Assembly (NCBI GenBank): GCA_051439605.1
Contig: JBFRWN010000015.1
Span: 1 to 64,000, forward strand
Origin: Synechococcus sp.
GTDB taxonomy: Bacteria > Cyanobacteriota > Cyanobacteriia > Thermostichales > PCC-7336
Length of the DNA: 64,000 nucleotides
Reading direction: 5' to 3'
Part shown: in pieces, positions 1-11,039 of the stretch
How positions within the stretch are numbered: the first letter of the stretch is position 1
How the letters are laid out: every line of letters starts with the position of its first letter
Position numbers and translations under genes: made by a program
The notes under the pieces: model-generated
What the model saw: only the letters and a program-made list of their open reading frames with translations
The model's database searches: none
Told to the model about the DNA's origin: nothing

Positions 1-117
1 ATGTTTCACGATTGGTACGTAAAACACTCTCCTTTTCCAAAAAGCTCGAGAATCATATCGGAGCTATCTGGATGTTTGTCCACAACTACAACGCATCCTT
101 ACTTGTCTAGGACTACC
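1..117 (+). mobile_element. IS1-family element, 3' end (transposase C-terminus and right end), truncated by window edge
   Basis: Frame 3 (3..110) reads VSRLVRKTLSFSKKLENHIGAIWMFVHNYNASLLV*, a typical cyanobacterial IS1 transposase C-terminus. It is followed by ...GACTACC (GGTAGTC on the minus strand), an IS1-like terminus ending at 117. Not in the ORF track. Confidence 0.85.
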
Positions 118-400
118 ACTTACGGAATGCCTCTAGATCCGAAATCTTTGGCTGAGGTCCCCGGTGATAGTCACGGATGGCAGAGAAGCTGCCGGTTTCC
201 TCACGGCGCTTGAGCCAAGTATCGAAGGTATTGCGACTGATGTTAAGGGTGCGGCAGATTTGACTTTTTCGCTCGCCTCGCTCGAGAGCTTCCACAGCTT
301 TTTGACGTAGGTCATCGCTATAAGGGGACGGCATAATTCACAGTTCAGGAATCGTCTCGACAACTCCAATAATGTCCTGACTCGGTCCTCGGCTGCAATA
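113..400 (-). mobile_element. IS630-family element left end with N-terminal HTH transposase fragment (CDS 113..334), interrupted by IS1
   Basis: MPSPYSDDLRQKAVEALERGERKSQICRTLNISRNTFDTWLKR is the IS630 N-terminal HTH pattern. The ORF stops at a TAG supplied by the IS1 end. A putative left end TA-TTGCAGCCGAGGACCGAGTCAGGACA lies at about 373-400. Confidence 0.8.
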
Positions 401-434
401 AAGGTATGGAGACCATCAACTCGCTCAGAAAAAA

Positions 435-2045
435 TTAGCTTCCAGATTTATAGAGACCGATGGCCTGTACCTGGTTGGTCCCTGCTTGAAAGGCAAATCC
501 AATTCCTAATGCATCGTAATTGATGAAATAGTAATTTTTCTCTCGATTAATGCGGCTATCCACGGGAAAAGGATTCACTTCGTTGTAGCCGTTTTCCCCT
601 GGTGGGCCGTAAGTGGCAACAACTTCGGAATAGGTAGACCCGACGCCAATTCCCTCCACCGTCATGGTTTCGGGGGCGTTCATGTAGACGCGATCGGCAA
701 AATAGTTGCGTAAACTGTCGCGATCGCGGTAGCCAAACACTACATAGTCTTCCAGGTAATAGAGTTTGAGATCGCTGTTGGGGCGAATGACGTTGTTCCC
801 AGAACGGTTAGTGACAGAGTCCACAATTCCCAAATTGCCGGTACCGGGATTACCTAAATTCATTCCCAAAGAGAATCGACCCACACGCCCTTCTTCAAGA
901 GAAATGGTGGGGGGGCGCCGTTCGGCAAGGTTGCTGGGTAACAGGGAGGGTACCCTTGCTAGCCAGTCATCGCCGGGGGATAGGCTCCTCTCGGGAATAA
1001 TCCCCTGCTCCACATTTTTGCTCGTTCCTTCTATCAAGGGGACGGGTTGCCAGCGGGCGATCGCCATTTCCACAGAAGCATCCGAAGGTAAGACGTAAAA
1101 TTGAGTTTGCACCCCAGCCCCTTGGGTGGGTTGACCGGCGATAATGGTGTTACTGCCGTTATCTAGCGTCGCTGCCAATAGGGTGGCTCCCCGTTGAGTT
1201 TGTCCATCCACAAAAACCACTAATGGGATACCGGCGGCAATGGGTTGAGTATTACCATCCCAAAGACTACGTTCCCCCACGCGATTGGTGCTGAAAACCA
1301 ATGGAGAGATGCTGCGGGGCAGAAAGAGTCGGGCGATATCGGCAACCACTCGAGGGTCGTACCCCACAGAACCGCGTAAATCTAACACAATTCCGTTGGA
1401 ATAGTCTTGCCGGTAAAGGATTTGGCGAATTTGACTGGCGACGGCGGGGGTCAGTTCTGGGAGAGCGAAGTAGATGATTCCTGGGCTGAGCTGTTGAGAA
1501 GGGACAGGGGGACGAGGGCGATTAAGCAGCTGATTGAACTCGGCCGGTTCGAGAAGGCGATCGCCAGTGGTACCGTAACGAGCTAAAAAACTGCGGATGT
1601 AGTTATATTCTTTTTGAATTGGGGGCTGCCCTGGAATAGAGGACTGTTGAGCTAGCTCTTGCTGCAACTGCTGGAAGCTGGGCAGATTCGATTCATTGGC
1701 GGCGAGAGACTCCACCACATACAAGTCTACCGTTTGGCGCAAATCCTCAGCTGGTGGCAGCGCCGCTGATGATGACGCTGGTGATATTGGGGCGGCCGTT
1801 TGGGGAAGGGTGGCATCTCCACTGGGAGGCATGGGAGCAGGGGCAACATCTCCACTGGGGGCAGATGGAATGGGAATCGGGGGAAGGTCCTCTTGGGCCA
1901 TTACGAAGGGATTGCCGCCAACCAATCCCACCATCAAGCACAAAGGTAGCCTACTCCACACAGCAACTTGAGTGAATACAATTCGCGTTAGTCCTTTCAC
2001 ACTATCTCCTCGATTGCAACCACTCGGTAAACCGACAATTTGCAC
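435..2045 (-). CDS. Exported S41 (CtpA-like) peptidase-domain protein, apparently catalytically degenerate
   Basis: Signal-like N-terminus and Pro-rich linker. IVLDLRG, PLVVFVD, IIAGQPT and GIIPE motifs match the S41 fold, with an extra C-terminal domain. Start codon uncertain. Confidence 0.75.
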   Translation of the reverse strand: MQIVGLPSGCNRGDSVKGLTRIVFTQVAVWSRLPLCLMVGLVGGNPFVMAQEDLPPIPIPSAPSGDVAPAPMPPSGDATLPQTAAPISPASSSAALPPAEDLRQTVDLYVVESLAANESNLPSFQQLQQELAQQSSIPGQPPIQKEYNYIRSFLARYGTTGDRLLEPAEFNQLLNRPRPPVPSQQLSPGIIYFALPELTPAVASQIRQILYRQDYSNGIVLDLRGSVGYDPRVVADIARLFLPRSISPLVFSTNRVGERSLWDGNTQPIAAGIPLVVFVDGQTQRGATLLAATLDNGSNTIIAGQPTQGAGVQTQFYVLPSDASVEMAIARWQPVPLIEGTSKNVEQGIIPERSLSPGDDWLARVPSLLPSNLAERRPPTISLEEGRVGRFSLGMNLGNPGTGNLGIVDSVTNRSGNNVIRPNSDLKLYYLEDYVVFGYRDRDSLRNYFADRVYMNAPETMTVEGIGVGSTYSEVVATYGPPGENGYNEVNPFPVDSRINREKNYYFINYDALGIGFAFQAGTNQVQAIGLYKSGS

Positions 2046-2440
2046 CGTAAATCAACTTTGTCTTTTGTCGAGCTAGTTCTGCTCATCAAAAGCCTGCCTT
2101 CCAAATCCATGCTGGGCCTGGAATTCACAGAAAAAATCAACATTTTCATGACTCTGACAGACTTGCAAGCCGTCGTAGGGGAGTTCTCGATTCTCTATTC
2201 GAATACGGTGGTATCGGTTGAGGATAACAGTACTGCGGCACTAAAGCGATCGCGTTTTGTTAGGGCACCTATAGGAATGACTGGGTTAGCTGCTGACTGC
2301 ATCTCTAGCGAGTGGTGGAGAGGGTGAAAGACACTTGGACAACTGGCTTTACTGGTAGGATGACAGTGTTTTGCAGACCCCAATGGCAAGGGTATGCGGC
2401 AATTTTTACACTTCAATTTTGAAATCTGGATATCCAACCG

Positions 2441-3112
2441 ATGAGTGAAAAAGCGATCGTCCGAGACTACTTCAATACCTTAGGGTTTGACCGCTGGCGG
2501 CGGATCTATGGCGACGAGCAGGTGAACCGCGTGCAACGGGATATTCGCAAAGGACATGCTCGCACCATCGATACAGTACTGACTTGGTTGGGGGACGAAC
2601 TCAAAGGCCAGACAATTTGCGATGCCGGATGCGGTGTCGGCAGCTTAAGTATTCCGTTGGCGAAGCGTCATGCAACTGTGACCGCTAGCGACATTTCCGA
2701 AAAGATGGTGGGCGAAGCCAAAGAACGCCAGCAGTTGGAATTGGGACAAACGGACAACCCTCAGTTCTCCACTTCTGACCTAGAGGCGATTTCAGGCAGT
2801 TACGATACGGTGATTTGCTTGGATGTGATGATTCACTACCCCGAAGCCGAAGCACTGGATATGATCGAGCATCTCACAACTTTGGCAACCGAACGGCTCA
2901 TCTTCAGCTTTGCCCCCAAAACTCCATTGCTGACGGTGTTGAAAAAGATTGGAGAGTTTTTCCCTGGTCCTAGCAAGACCACCCGCGCCTATCAGCATCG
3001 GGAAAAAGCTATTATCGAGCGACTGAGATCGTTAGGGTATGCCGTACAGCGCAGGGAAACCATTAAGTCCCAGTTTTACTTTTCTTGGGTCCTGGAGGCG
3101 AAGAAAGCTTAA
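2441..3112 (+). CDS. chlM: Magnesium-protoporphyrin IX O-methyltransferase
   Basis: YFNTLGFDRWRRIYG, SAM motif ICDAGCGVGSL, FFPGPSKTTRAY. Confidence 0.96.
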   Translation: MSEKAIVRDYFNTLGFDRWRRIYGDEQVNRVQRDIRKGHARTIDTVLTWLGDELKGQTICDAGCGVGSLSIPLAKRHATVTASDISEKMVGEAKERQQLELGQTDNPQFSTSDLEAISGSYDTVICLDVMIHYPEAEALDMIEHLTTLATERLIFSFAPKTPLLTVLKKIGEFFPGPSKTTRAYQHREKAIIERLRSLGYAVQRRETIKSQFYFSWVLEAKKA

Positions 3113-3275
3113 GGACATTTTCCCCAACGCTAGCGAGCTTCCGATGCAACATGGCCTCAAGGAATATCCCCCTAGACCATTCCTTTGCTATTGATTCTCT
3201 TCAAAAGCGAGAGTTCCGGAATAGTCATTCCAGATAATCCCATGTAGGGACGGGGGAGTTAGCGAAGCTATTAGG

Positions 3276-4727
3276 TTAGCTGACAAAAACCGAGTCGGTG
3301 AAGGTGCCGTGCAAACCGTAAGGCACGTGATGTTTGAGATGTAAAATGGTTTCCGGAGCTGCCTGTATATGTTGCGCGTCTAAAATCACCACGTCAGAAC
3401 GCTCGCTCACCGCATCAAATACCATCACAATAAGCCAGCCGTCATCCTCTGAAGTGCCATTGGGGCGAGGGACAAAGACTGGATCGCCCCCCAAATATCC
3501 ACGGGGGGCAAAGCTGTGGATCTCTTGTGTGCCTGTTTCCATGTCTACTTTTACGATCGCCTGCAATGGGGCATTACCTGTTGCACCGTGGGTGCATCCT
3601 GCGTAGGTGAAGCGTTGTTTTTTACCCACATAGCTGGGATGTAGGGTGGGAAACTCGCAGGGACGATTGACGATGACCCTGTGGGTGACATTGCCAGTCT
3701 TCAAGTCAATTTCGTAGCGTACCAAGCGTGCATGAGGGACATCTTCGAATACCACTTGACGAAAATCGACATTTGAATCTAGAGAGAGGTAATCGTCATA
3801 GCACAGGGAGTCGATGACCAGCCGTTCGCCGTCTTCCCAAGCATTGGCGTGGTGAAAGATAAACCCTGGGTCGGTGGTAAAGGTGCGGGATTTCCCTTGG
3901 CGATCGAAGACCACAATGCGGGTGTTGGCCTTAGGGTCCAGCTCGATGCAGGTCGCTGCTGTTTTGAGACCGAGGGCTACCGGAACGGGATTAAACGAGA
4001 CGGGGTTTTGGAAGAAGATGCGGTAATTGGGGGTGATAGCAAAGTCATGCAGGAAGCAAAAGCCAGGGACTTTTTCAGCGGTAACTTCCACCAACTCGCC
4101 GTTGGTATCTACCCGGTAAAAGTAGATTGAGGAAATGGGACCGGGAGATACGCCAAATGCCAGCAGATCGCCGGTGTCTGGGTCAATTCGGGGGTGGGCG
4201 GTGAACTCTTGTCCTTCTCTCAGTGCTCCACCAAACTGTTCTTTCCCCAAGGTCTCCAGGGTGGCGGGATCGAGTCGATAGGGGGAATCTGCTTCCCACA
4301 GGGCTAAGAGCTTATCTCCTTGATAAACCACGTTTGTGTTGGCTGGATTTTTAAAGGAGAAATCAAACCAGTTATTCCAGAAGCCTCCTTCCCGCTGGGT
4401 GCCAAATACGCTGCGGTAGAGAACTTTACCCGCTTGCTGTTCCGCCAGATATTCGGGAGTTTTAACGAAGCGATTGCGAAAGTGTACCCGCTCTCCACAG
4501 AATGAGATAGCGCAGATCATACCGTCCCCATCAAAGGGATGACTGTAGGGGCGCTCGTTGACATCCAAAGCTCCGGGACCGTTGCGAAATAAGGTGCCCA
4601 CTAGCTGAGGAGGGAGGTTGCCCTCAATGTCTTCGATCCAGTAGTCTCGCTCTTGTTTGAGGGATACGTAACCCTTGCTCCAATCTTTTGTTGTGAATGC
4701 GGGGGAGGAGGAAGGAGCGGCAACCAT
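3276..4727 (-). CDS. Carotenoid cleavage oxygenase (apocarotenoid oxygenase, RPE65 family)
   Basis: GTLFRNGPG, HPFDGDGM and four Fe-ligand His contexts (TAHP, LHDF, FHHAN, GLHG). Confidence 0.93.
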   Translation of the reverse strand: MVAAPSSSPAFTTKDWSKGYVSLKQERDYWIEDIEGNLPPQLVGTLFRNGPGALDVNERPYSHPFDGDGMICAISFCGERVHFRNRFVKTPEYLAEQQAGKVLYRSVFGTQREGGFWNNWFDFSFKNPANTNVVYQGDKLLALWEADSPYRLDPATLETLGKEQFGGALREGQEFTAHPRIDPDTGDLLAFGVSPGPISSIYFYRVDTNGELVEVTAEKVPGFCFLHDFAITPNYRIFFQNPVSFNPVPVALGLKTAATCIELDPKANTRIVVFDRQGKSRTFTTDPGFIFHHANAWEDGERLVIDSLCYDDYLSLDSNVDFRQVVFEDVPHARLVRYEIDLKTGNVTHRVIVNRPCEFPTLHPSYVGKKQRFTYAGCTHGATGNAPLQAIVKVDMETGTQEIHSFAPRGYLGGDPVFVPRPNGTSEDDGWLIVMVFDAVSERSDVVILDAQHIQAAPETILHLKHHVPYGLHGTFTDSVFVS

Positions 4728-4760
4728 TCAGTGTGTTGGGGAAACAATTACCTTTTATTT

Positions 4761-4778
4761 TCTCTAAAGTTATGTAAA
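4761..4778 (-). promoter_or_regulatory. Possible HLR1 (RpaB) direct repeat upstream of the carotenoid oxygenase
   Basis: Minus strand TTTACATA-AC-TTTAGAGA resembles (G/T)TTACA(T/A)(T/A)-N2 repeated. Confidence 0.35.
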
Positions 4779-4946
4779 CTGTCTATTTGTTAAGGTACTG
4801 AATTTGGCGACTTGACGGTCGCTATAGATCTCAAGTCATTGCTCGTGACCCGAATGAAAAGAGACTCAAGGACGCATCATAGTTTTATGACTTCATAGAT
4901 TTTGCAACTCCTCAAGAGTTTCCCAAGCCCATCCCCCTTAATATAG

Positions 4947-4984
4947 CCTTGGGCGTATGAACATAAATGCTCATACGCCCAAGG
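4947..4984 (-). terminator. Stem-loop downstream of rpoC2
   Basis: CCTTGGGCGTATGA ... TCATACGCCCAAGG perfect 14-bp stem about 60 nt after the rpoC2 stop. Confidence 0.7.
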
Positions 4985-5042
4985 GTAGGATACACTTCCT
5001 GGAAAACTAACGCGCAGCTAGCTCCATCTATAATTCAAGGCT

Positions 5043-8000
5043 CTAGCTTTCAAGTTCCTCAACATCAGATTTGGAAGCATTTTTCTGCTCTTCTTTCAGA
5101 ATTGCTTCTTTAGCAGTAAAGTCATCAACCAACTCCTCGTCGCTGGAAATAGTCGATCCTCCGATAGAAGGAACTGGATAGGGACGTTCCCCATCATCTG
5201 GCAGTATGTCAGGATCTTCAGTTTCTTCAGTGTAGGTATTGAAGCCCGTACCAGCAGGGATGAGACGGCCAATGATGACATTTTCCTTCAAGCCTCTTAG
5301 CCAGTCTGACTTGCCTTCGATCGCAGCTTCTGTCAACACGCGGGTGGTTTCTTGGAAACTGGCAGCAGAAATAAAGCTGTCTGTGTTCAAGCTCGCCTTG
5401 GTAATTCCCAACAATACAGGGGTGTACTGAGCGGGGGCCATGCCCGCGATTGCCATTGTGGAGTTCGTCTGCTGGATCTGGTAAAGGTCAACCAATTCAC
5501 CTGGTAGCAAAATGGTGTCCCCACCATCATCGACGCGAACTTTAGAGGTCATTTGGCGCACAACCACCTCGATGTGTTTGTCGGAAATGTCCACCCCTTG
5601 AGAGCGGTAGACGTTTTGGACTTCGTTCACAAAGAAACGCTGTACTTCACGGATGGCAAACATGGCTGCTTGGTCAATGCCCATTTCATCCTTGTGATAC
5701 TCAAAGAAGGCCTCTAAGAGATCGTGGGGATTAATGGGACCATCGGTCAGGGGTTCACCCGCTTGGACCTGCTGGCCATCCGCAAAGCTTGGGTTTTGAC
5801 CTGGTAATAGCGGGTAATCAGAAACGGTGCCATCCCCCTCCAAGACCTTAATGTCCAACTGGTCCTCTTCGCGAGTCAGTTGCACCACGCCAGAGCTTTT
5901 GCAGAGAACGCACATCTCCTTGGGTTTACGGGCCTCTAGCAATTCCTCAATTCTAGGTAAGCCCTGAATAATATCACCCGTCTTGGCTCGCTCGTAAACC
6001 AGCAGGGCAAGGTTATCACCCCGCTGCACGAGGTCACCATTTTCCACTTGAAGAATGGCACCTGCAGAAACCAAGTAAGGCCGACCAATCCGCAAGGTAA
6101 TTTTGTCATCAGCAACGGCCATTACCTGACCGGATTCAGGGGCGATAGCTCCTTCAGTCAACACATCACCAACGCGCACAATATCCCCTATTTCGTAGGA
6201 GGAAGGCTGAGGCAAGGGTACAGTTACCAAATCGTCCTCGGTAATCGTCAAGAGGCGACGTACAGATTCAACACCATCTCGCAAGCCTCGGATAATTCCA
6301 GCACGTTTGGCTTGAATCTCGGTCCGAGCCACTACAGAACCGGGCTCAATGGTATCCCCTTCTTTAACCAACAAGCGGGTGTGAGTCCTTCCCTGAGTCA
6401 GGTCGGCTTCGTTATCGCGGCGAACGAGTAACGTTTCCAAAATCACCAGTTGCAGACGCTGAATATCGGGATCGTTATCATCCTCAGCGAGCTCAATATC
6501 GGCTTTCAGATGGGGGGCTTCAGTCGCGATTTCAAGCATAAGCTGGGTTTTCAGCAGCTCTACTCCGTTGATAGACTTAACCCGCTCACCATCTTTGAAC
6601 GGCACCCGTTGAATAGCCCGCAGCCGGATATCTCGCCCAGCTTCGCTAGCAGATTCTTGACTGGGCACAGAGGGCTCATCAGGAATGGCGAACTCCTCCA
6701 CAGGCCGTAAGAGAACCTGAGGTCCTTCAGTAGTTTCTAATTGCTCGACATAAACCAGTGATTCGGCTGTCACCCCAGTTACGGCTGGCTGACCAGGCTG
6801 AATCAGCGTTCCAGTTTTGATTTCCAGATCTTCTGGGTTATCAATCAAGTGGAGGTTACCAGGCTTAATTGTGATTTCCCGCAGAATGTCATTTTTCTGT
6901 GTGACTTCAACAACTCCGCTGGTTTGGCAGAATATGTCCTTAACAACTTCCGTACCGGCATCAACATACTGACCGTCTTCAACGTTCAGAAGCGATATAT
7001 CTTTGTTAACCTCGTGGGATTCCTCAGGAATCCACAAAATAGTACCGCCCTTCGTAACCTCGTAACCCTGCTTGGCTTTGCCTCGCTTCGCTACCTCCAA
7101 ACCTGCATACTTGATCAGTCCACCAGTCTGAGTACGGAATTGTGTCTCCTGTAGTTCGGCCACAATCTCGTTGTTGCCAACTTTCGTACCAGGAGTGGCC
7201 TTAAGCAAGAAAGATTGACCGGAGGGAGTATCTAGCATGTATTGTTCGCGGCCTGAGTGAGACTCTGCACGCACCTGAGCACGGTCCAGCACAACAGAAG
7301 CGGTGATGATCTCAACTTCGCGTCCACCCTTGCCATCTACCTGTTCGGGGAGACGAACCGCGCCGCCATGCTCGGTAATTAAGGCGGTTTCTGCTATCAC
7401 AGAGTTTGCCTCGACGCGATCGCCATTTTCCACTATGGGCTCTGCACCAGGGGGTAAGTTATACACTTCTCCAGACATGACCCAGATAATGCCCTGGCGC
7501 TGAACCATGAACGTGGTGTTGCCCTGACGGTCGGTTTTCTCCTCAAATGGGAGGCTTTCAAAGCGGACTTCCCCAGAGAGATCTGCCGCAACGTCTTTTT
7601 GAGCTTTCTCCGTACTCTTTCGAGCAGTTTTACCAGAGGCGGCTACCTCGGCAATCATCTGACCTTCTTTAACCTGTTGGCCATCTTTGACAAACACCGT
7701 GGAGCCAGGGGTCGCCTCAAAACTCTCCTTTTTGCTACCTTTGCCCAACAGGGTAATAGTATTCGCCAGCTCAACCTGTAAGGCGTCGTCTCCGTGGCGG
7801 GTGCGCAGCGGTCGGGTGCGGAATTTTTTAGGGAAGGAAATCTTGCCGTCAAAGGGAGCCTTGATCTGACGAGCAATTTCTCCCGTAAACACACCACCGG
7901 TATGGAAGGTACGCATGGTGAGCTGGGTACCGGGCTCACCAATAGACTGGGCGGCAATAATCCCGACAGCTTCACCAATATCAACAGGACGAGAATGGGC

Positions 8001-8948
8001 CAGGCTCCAACCGTAGCACGCGCGGCATACCGAGCGATTGGATTCACAGGTGAGGGGAGAACGTACCATTACCTGCTCGATGCCGGCAGCCACAATTGCT
8101 TTGGCCAATTCGTGATCGATTGTTTCGTTGCGGGCAACCAACACCTCACCCGTTTCGGGATGTACAACATCCTGAGCGGCATTGCGGCCGATCAAACGTT
8201 CCTCAATGCCGATGATCTCCTTATCAGAGTCCCGCAGGGACTCTAAAACGATGCCGCGATCGGTACCGCAGTCTTGGTCGCGGACAATAACGTCCTGAGA
8301 TACGTCCACTAAGCGACGAGTGAGATAACCAGAGTCAGCGGTCCGTAGCGCCGTATCCACCAATCCCTTACGTGCACCGTAGGAGGAAATGATGTATTCC
8401 GTAACCGTCAAGCCTTCGCGAAAATTGGTCTTAATTGGTAAGTCAATAATTTCGCCACGCGGATTGGCCATTAGCCCCCGCATGCCAACCAACTGACGCA
8501 CTTGAGACACATTACCACGTGCCCCGGAGCTAGACATCATGTATACCGAGTTCAAGGGATTATTCACTCGGAAGTTTTCGATCATCGCGTTTTTGATGTC
8601 ATCGTTGGTTTGGTTCCAGGTGTCGATGACTTTTTGATAGCGTTCAATTTCCGTGATTTCACCACGGGTGTAGCGCTCCTGGGCACTCTCGATTTCAGCT
8701 TCAGCTTTAGCCAGCAGATCTTTCTTTTCAGCAGGAATTTCTAAATCTTCCACGCTAATCGATACGCCAGCACGAGTGGCGTATCGAAAACCCAAAGCTT
8801 TGAGTTCGTCAGCCATTTGAGCGGTGCGCGCAGTACCGTATTCGGAAAATGCCCAAGAAATTAATTTCTTCAAACCGCGCTTATCGACAATCTTGTTCCG
8901 AAAAGTGGGTTTCTGGGCGGTTTCGTTGTGTCGCAACTGTTTGGTCAT
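5043..8948 (-). CDS. rpoC2: RNA polymerase beta' subunit (cyanobacterial RpoC2)
   Basis: [42 protein letters not shown] and the large SI3 insertion. Confidence 0.99.
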   Translation of the reverse strand: MTKQLRHNETAQKPTFRNKIVDKRGLKKLISWAFSEYGTARTAQMADELKALGFRYATRAGVSISVEDLEIPAEKKDLLAKAEAEIESAQERYTRGEITEIERYQKVIDTWNQTNDDIKNAMIENFRVNNPLNSVYMMSSSGARGNVSQVRQLVGMRGLMANPRGEIIDLPIKTNFREGLTVTEYIISSYGARKGLVDTALRTADSGYLTRRLVDVSQDVIVRDQDCGTDRGIVLESLRDSDKEIIGIEERLIGRNAAQDVVHPETGEVLVARNETIDHELAKAIVAAGIEQVMVRSPLTCESNRSVCRACYGWSLAHSRPVDIGEAVGIIAAQSIGEPGTQLTMRTFHTGGVFTGEIARQIKAPFDGKISFPKKFRTRPLRTRHGDDALQVELANTITLLGKGSKKESFEATPGSTVFVKDGQQVKEGQMIAEVAASGKTARKSTEKAQKDVAADLSGEVRFESLPFEEKTDRQGNTTFMVQRQGIIWVMSGEVYNLPPGAEPIVENGDRVEANSVIAETALITEHGGAVRLPEQVDGKGGREVEIITASVVLDRAQVRAESHSGREQYMLDTPSGQSFLLKATPGTKVGNNEIVAELQETQFRTQTGGLIKYAGLEVAKRGKAKQGYEVTKGGTILWIPEESHEVNKDISLLNVEDGQYVDAGTEVVKDIFCQTSGVVEVTQKNDILREITIKPGNLHLIDNPEDLEIKTGTLIQPGQPAVTGVTAESLVYVEQLETTEGPQVLLRPVEEFAIPDEPSVPSQESASEAGRDIRLRAIQRVPFKDGERVKSINGVELLKTQLMLEIATEAPHLKADIELAEDDNDPDIQRLQLVILETLLVRRDNEADLTQGRTHTRLLVKEGDTIEPGSVVARTEIQAKRAGIIRGLRDGVESVRRLLTITEDDLVTVPLPQPSSYEIGDIVRVGDVLTEGAIAPESGQVMAVADDKITLRIGRPYLVSAGAILQVENGDLVQRGDNLALLVYERAKTGDIIQGLPRIEELLEARKPKEMCVLCKSSGVVQLTREEDQLDIKVLEGDGTVSDYPLLPGQNPSFADGQQVQAGEPLTDGPINPHDLLEAFFEYHKDEMGIDQAAMFAIREVQRFFVNEVQNVYRSQGVDISDKHIEVVVRQMTSKVRVDDGGDTILLPGELVDLYQIQQTNSTMAIAGMAPAQYTPVLLGITKASLNTDSFISAASFQETTRVLTEAAIEGKSDWLRGLKENVIIGRLIPAGTGFNTYTEETEDPDILPDDGERPYPVPSIGGSTISSDEELVDDFTAKEAILKEEQKNASKSDVEELES

Positions 8949-9061
8949 GTTTGCGTGGCCTCGATTGCAAATACTGGATGAGATGGGCTAGTGCCGAAAA
9001 AAGCTGCAAATGAAATGTTTAGCCAAGCACCACACTAGTGGTGTCCGGAAAGAGCGATCGC

Positions 9062-10936
9062 CTAGACCGCCAAAGACTCCTGAATCACCTTGTTGAAAAT
9101 AATCCGACCGGGGGTAGTGAAAACGTACTGAGAGAGGAGTTCACCCTCCGCTGTCTCGCGGATTCGCAAATTCTCGAATTTGGTAATTTTGCTACCGTCA
9201 GGCTCAGTTGTGACCTCCGGCTCGCCTTCCCCGCCTCCTTCTACCGGATCGTCATACCTAAGCCATATGTATGCATGGAGGTCCACCACACCTTGCTCGT
9301 AGGCGACAAGGGCATCTTCCATACTGCCAAAGAATTTGCCCCGACCCCTTTGTTTTTTGGGATTATCGGCGGTTAAGTAATAACAGCCCAGGACCATATC
9401 CTGACTGGGGGTAATGATCGGCGTTCCCGTTGCAGGGGATAACACGTTGTTTGAAGCCAGCATTAGCAGGCGTGCTTCCGCCTGAGCCTCCAGCGAGAGA
9501 GGAACGTGAACTGCCATCTGGTCGCCATCAAAGTCTGCGTTAAATGCCGGACATACCAAGGGGTGCAATTGAATGGCACGCCCCTCAACGAGTAAGGGTT
9601 CAAAAGCTTGGATCCCTAAGCGGTGAAGGGTAGGTGCACGGTTCAACAACACGGGGTGACCATCAATCACCTCTTCCAAAACGTCCCAAATAGCCGGATC
9701 GTTCATGACGATCATCTTCTTAGCCGCTTTGATGTTGTTAACAACGCCGCGCTTGATTAGCTTGTGAATCACAAAAGGCTGGAACAGTTCGATCGCCATT
9801 TCCTTCGGCAAACCGCACTGATGTATTTTCAGCTTAGGACCAACAACAATAACGGAACGACCAGAATAGTCCACCCGCTTACCGAGCAAGTTCTGGCGGA
9901 AGCGACCCTGCTTACCTTCAATGATGTCTGACAGGGACTTGAGAGGACGATTGTTCGCACCAACCACTGTGCGACCGCGACGACCGTTGTCGATCAGAGC
10001 GTCCACAGCCTCCTGAAGCATCCGCTTTTCGTTGCGGACGATAATTTCGGGGGCCATGATCTCCTGCAGGCGCGCCAGACGATTATTTCGGTTGATCACG
10101 CGACGGTAGAGATCGTTGAGGTCAGAGGTTGCAAAACGACCACCATCCAACTGAACCATCGGTCGCAAATCCGGAGGAATCACCGGAAGTGCTTCTAGAA
10201 TCATCCAATCGGGACGAGACTCAGTAGCGATGAAGTTATCCAAAACCCGCAGTCGCTTAATCAAGCGAGCCCGTTTTTGGCCGCGAGAAACAGCAATATC
10301 TTCCCTTAGCTTCTCCGCCTCTTCTTCCATCTTGATGTCTGTCAGCAGTTTTTGAACTGCTTCTGCACCAATCATGGCCCAGTCTGGAGGCAACTGGAGT
10401 TCAGATCCCTCCTCGTAAAGCTGATCTTCAATCTCGATAAACTGATCTTCTGTCAGCAGCTGCTTATAGGTAAGATTTTCCGCATTACCTGGGTCGATAA
10501 CGACATAGGCGTTGAAGTAAACCACCTGCTCCACGTCCCGCAAAGGCATGTCGAGCAGAGTTGCAATATGGCTAGGAATACCTTTGAGATACCAGACATG
10601 GGTGACGGGGGCCGCCAGATTGATGTAACCCATACGATGGCGACGGACCCGAGACTCGGTTACCTCTACGCCGCAACGCTCGCACACAATCCCACGGTGG
10701 CGAACCCGCTTGTACTTCCCACAATGGCACTCCCAGTCCTTTGCAGGTCCAAAGATGCGCTCGCAGAACAAGCCATCCATTTCAGGCTTCAACGTTCTGT
10801 AGTTAATTGTTTCTGGTTTGGTGACCTCACCCACAACGGTGCCGTTGGGCAAAGTCCGCTGCCCCCAGTCTTTGATGCGATCTGGAGACGCTAAACCAAT
10901 CTTGACGTAGTCAAAACGCTGCTCGAGTTTACTCAT
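9062..10936 (-). CDS. rpoC1: RNA polymerase gamma subunit
   Basis: NADFDGD active-site motif and N-terminal Zn ribbon. Confidence 0.99.
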   Translation of the reverse strand: MSKLEQRFDYVKIGLASPDRIKDWGQRTLPNGTVVGEVTKPETINYRTLKPEMDGLFCERIFGPAKDWECHCGKYKRVRHRGIVCERCGVEVTESRVRRHRMGYINLAAPVTHVWYLKGIPSHIATLLDMPLRDVEQVVYFNAYVVIDPGNAENLTYKQLLTEDQFIEIEDQLYEEGSELQLPPDWAMIGAEAVQKLLTDIKMEEEAEKLREDIAVSRGQKRARLIKRLRVLDNFIATESRPDWMILEALPVIPPDLRPMVQLDGGRFATSDLNDLYRRVINRNNRLARLQEIMAPEIIVRNEKRMLQEAVDALIDNGRRGRTVVGANNRPLKSLSDIIEGKQGRFRQNLLGKRVDYSGRSVIVVGPKLKIHQCGLPKEMAIELFQPFVIHKLIKRGVVNNIKAAKKMIVMNDPAIWDVLEEVIDGHPVLLNRAPTLHRLGIQAFEPLLVEGRAIQLHPLVCPAFNADFDGDQMAVHVPLSLEAQAEARLLMLASNNVLSPATGTPIITPSQDMVLGCYYLTADNPKKQRGRGKFFGSMEDALVAYEQGVVDLHAYIWLRYDDPVEGGGEGEPEVTTEPDGSKITKFENLRIRETAEGELLSQYVFTTPGRIIFNKVIQESLAV

Positions 10937-11039
10937 GTCGGTGTCTCGATAATTCCCAAAATGGCGCAGTACAACTTCCAGCTGCGCTACTGTCGATCGC
11001 CGTATTCCGGATCGCCAGTCACAGCATGCGGGCTAAAGA

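Noticed and set aside
1..213. 70-aa plus-strand ORF in the track
   Set aside because: Wrong frame. The IS1 transposase tail is in frame 3 (3..110).
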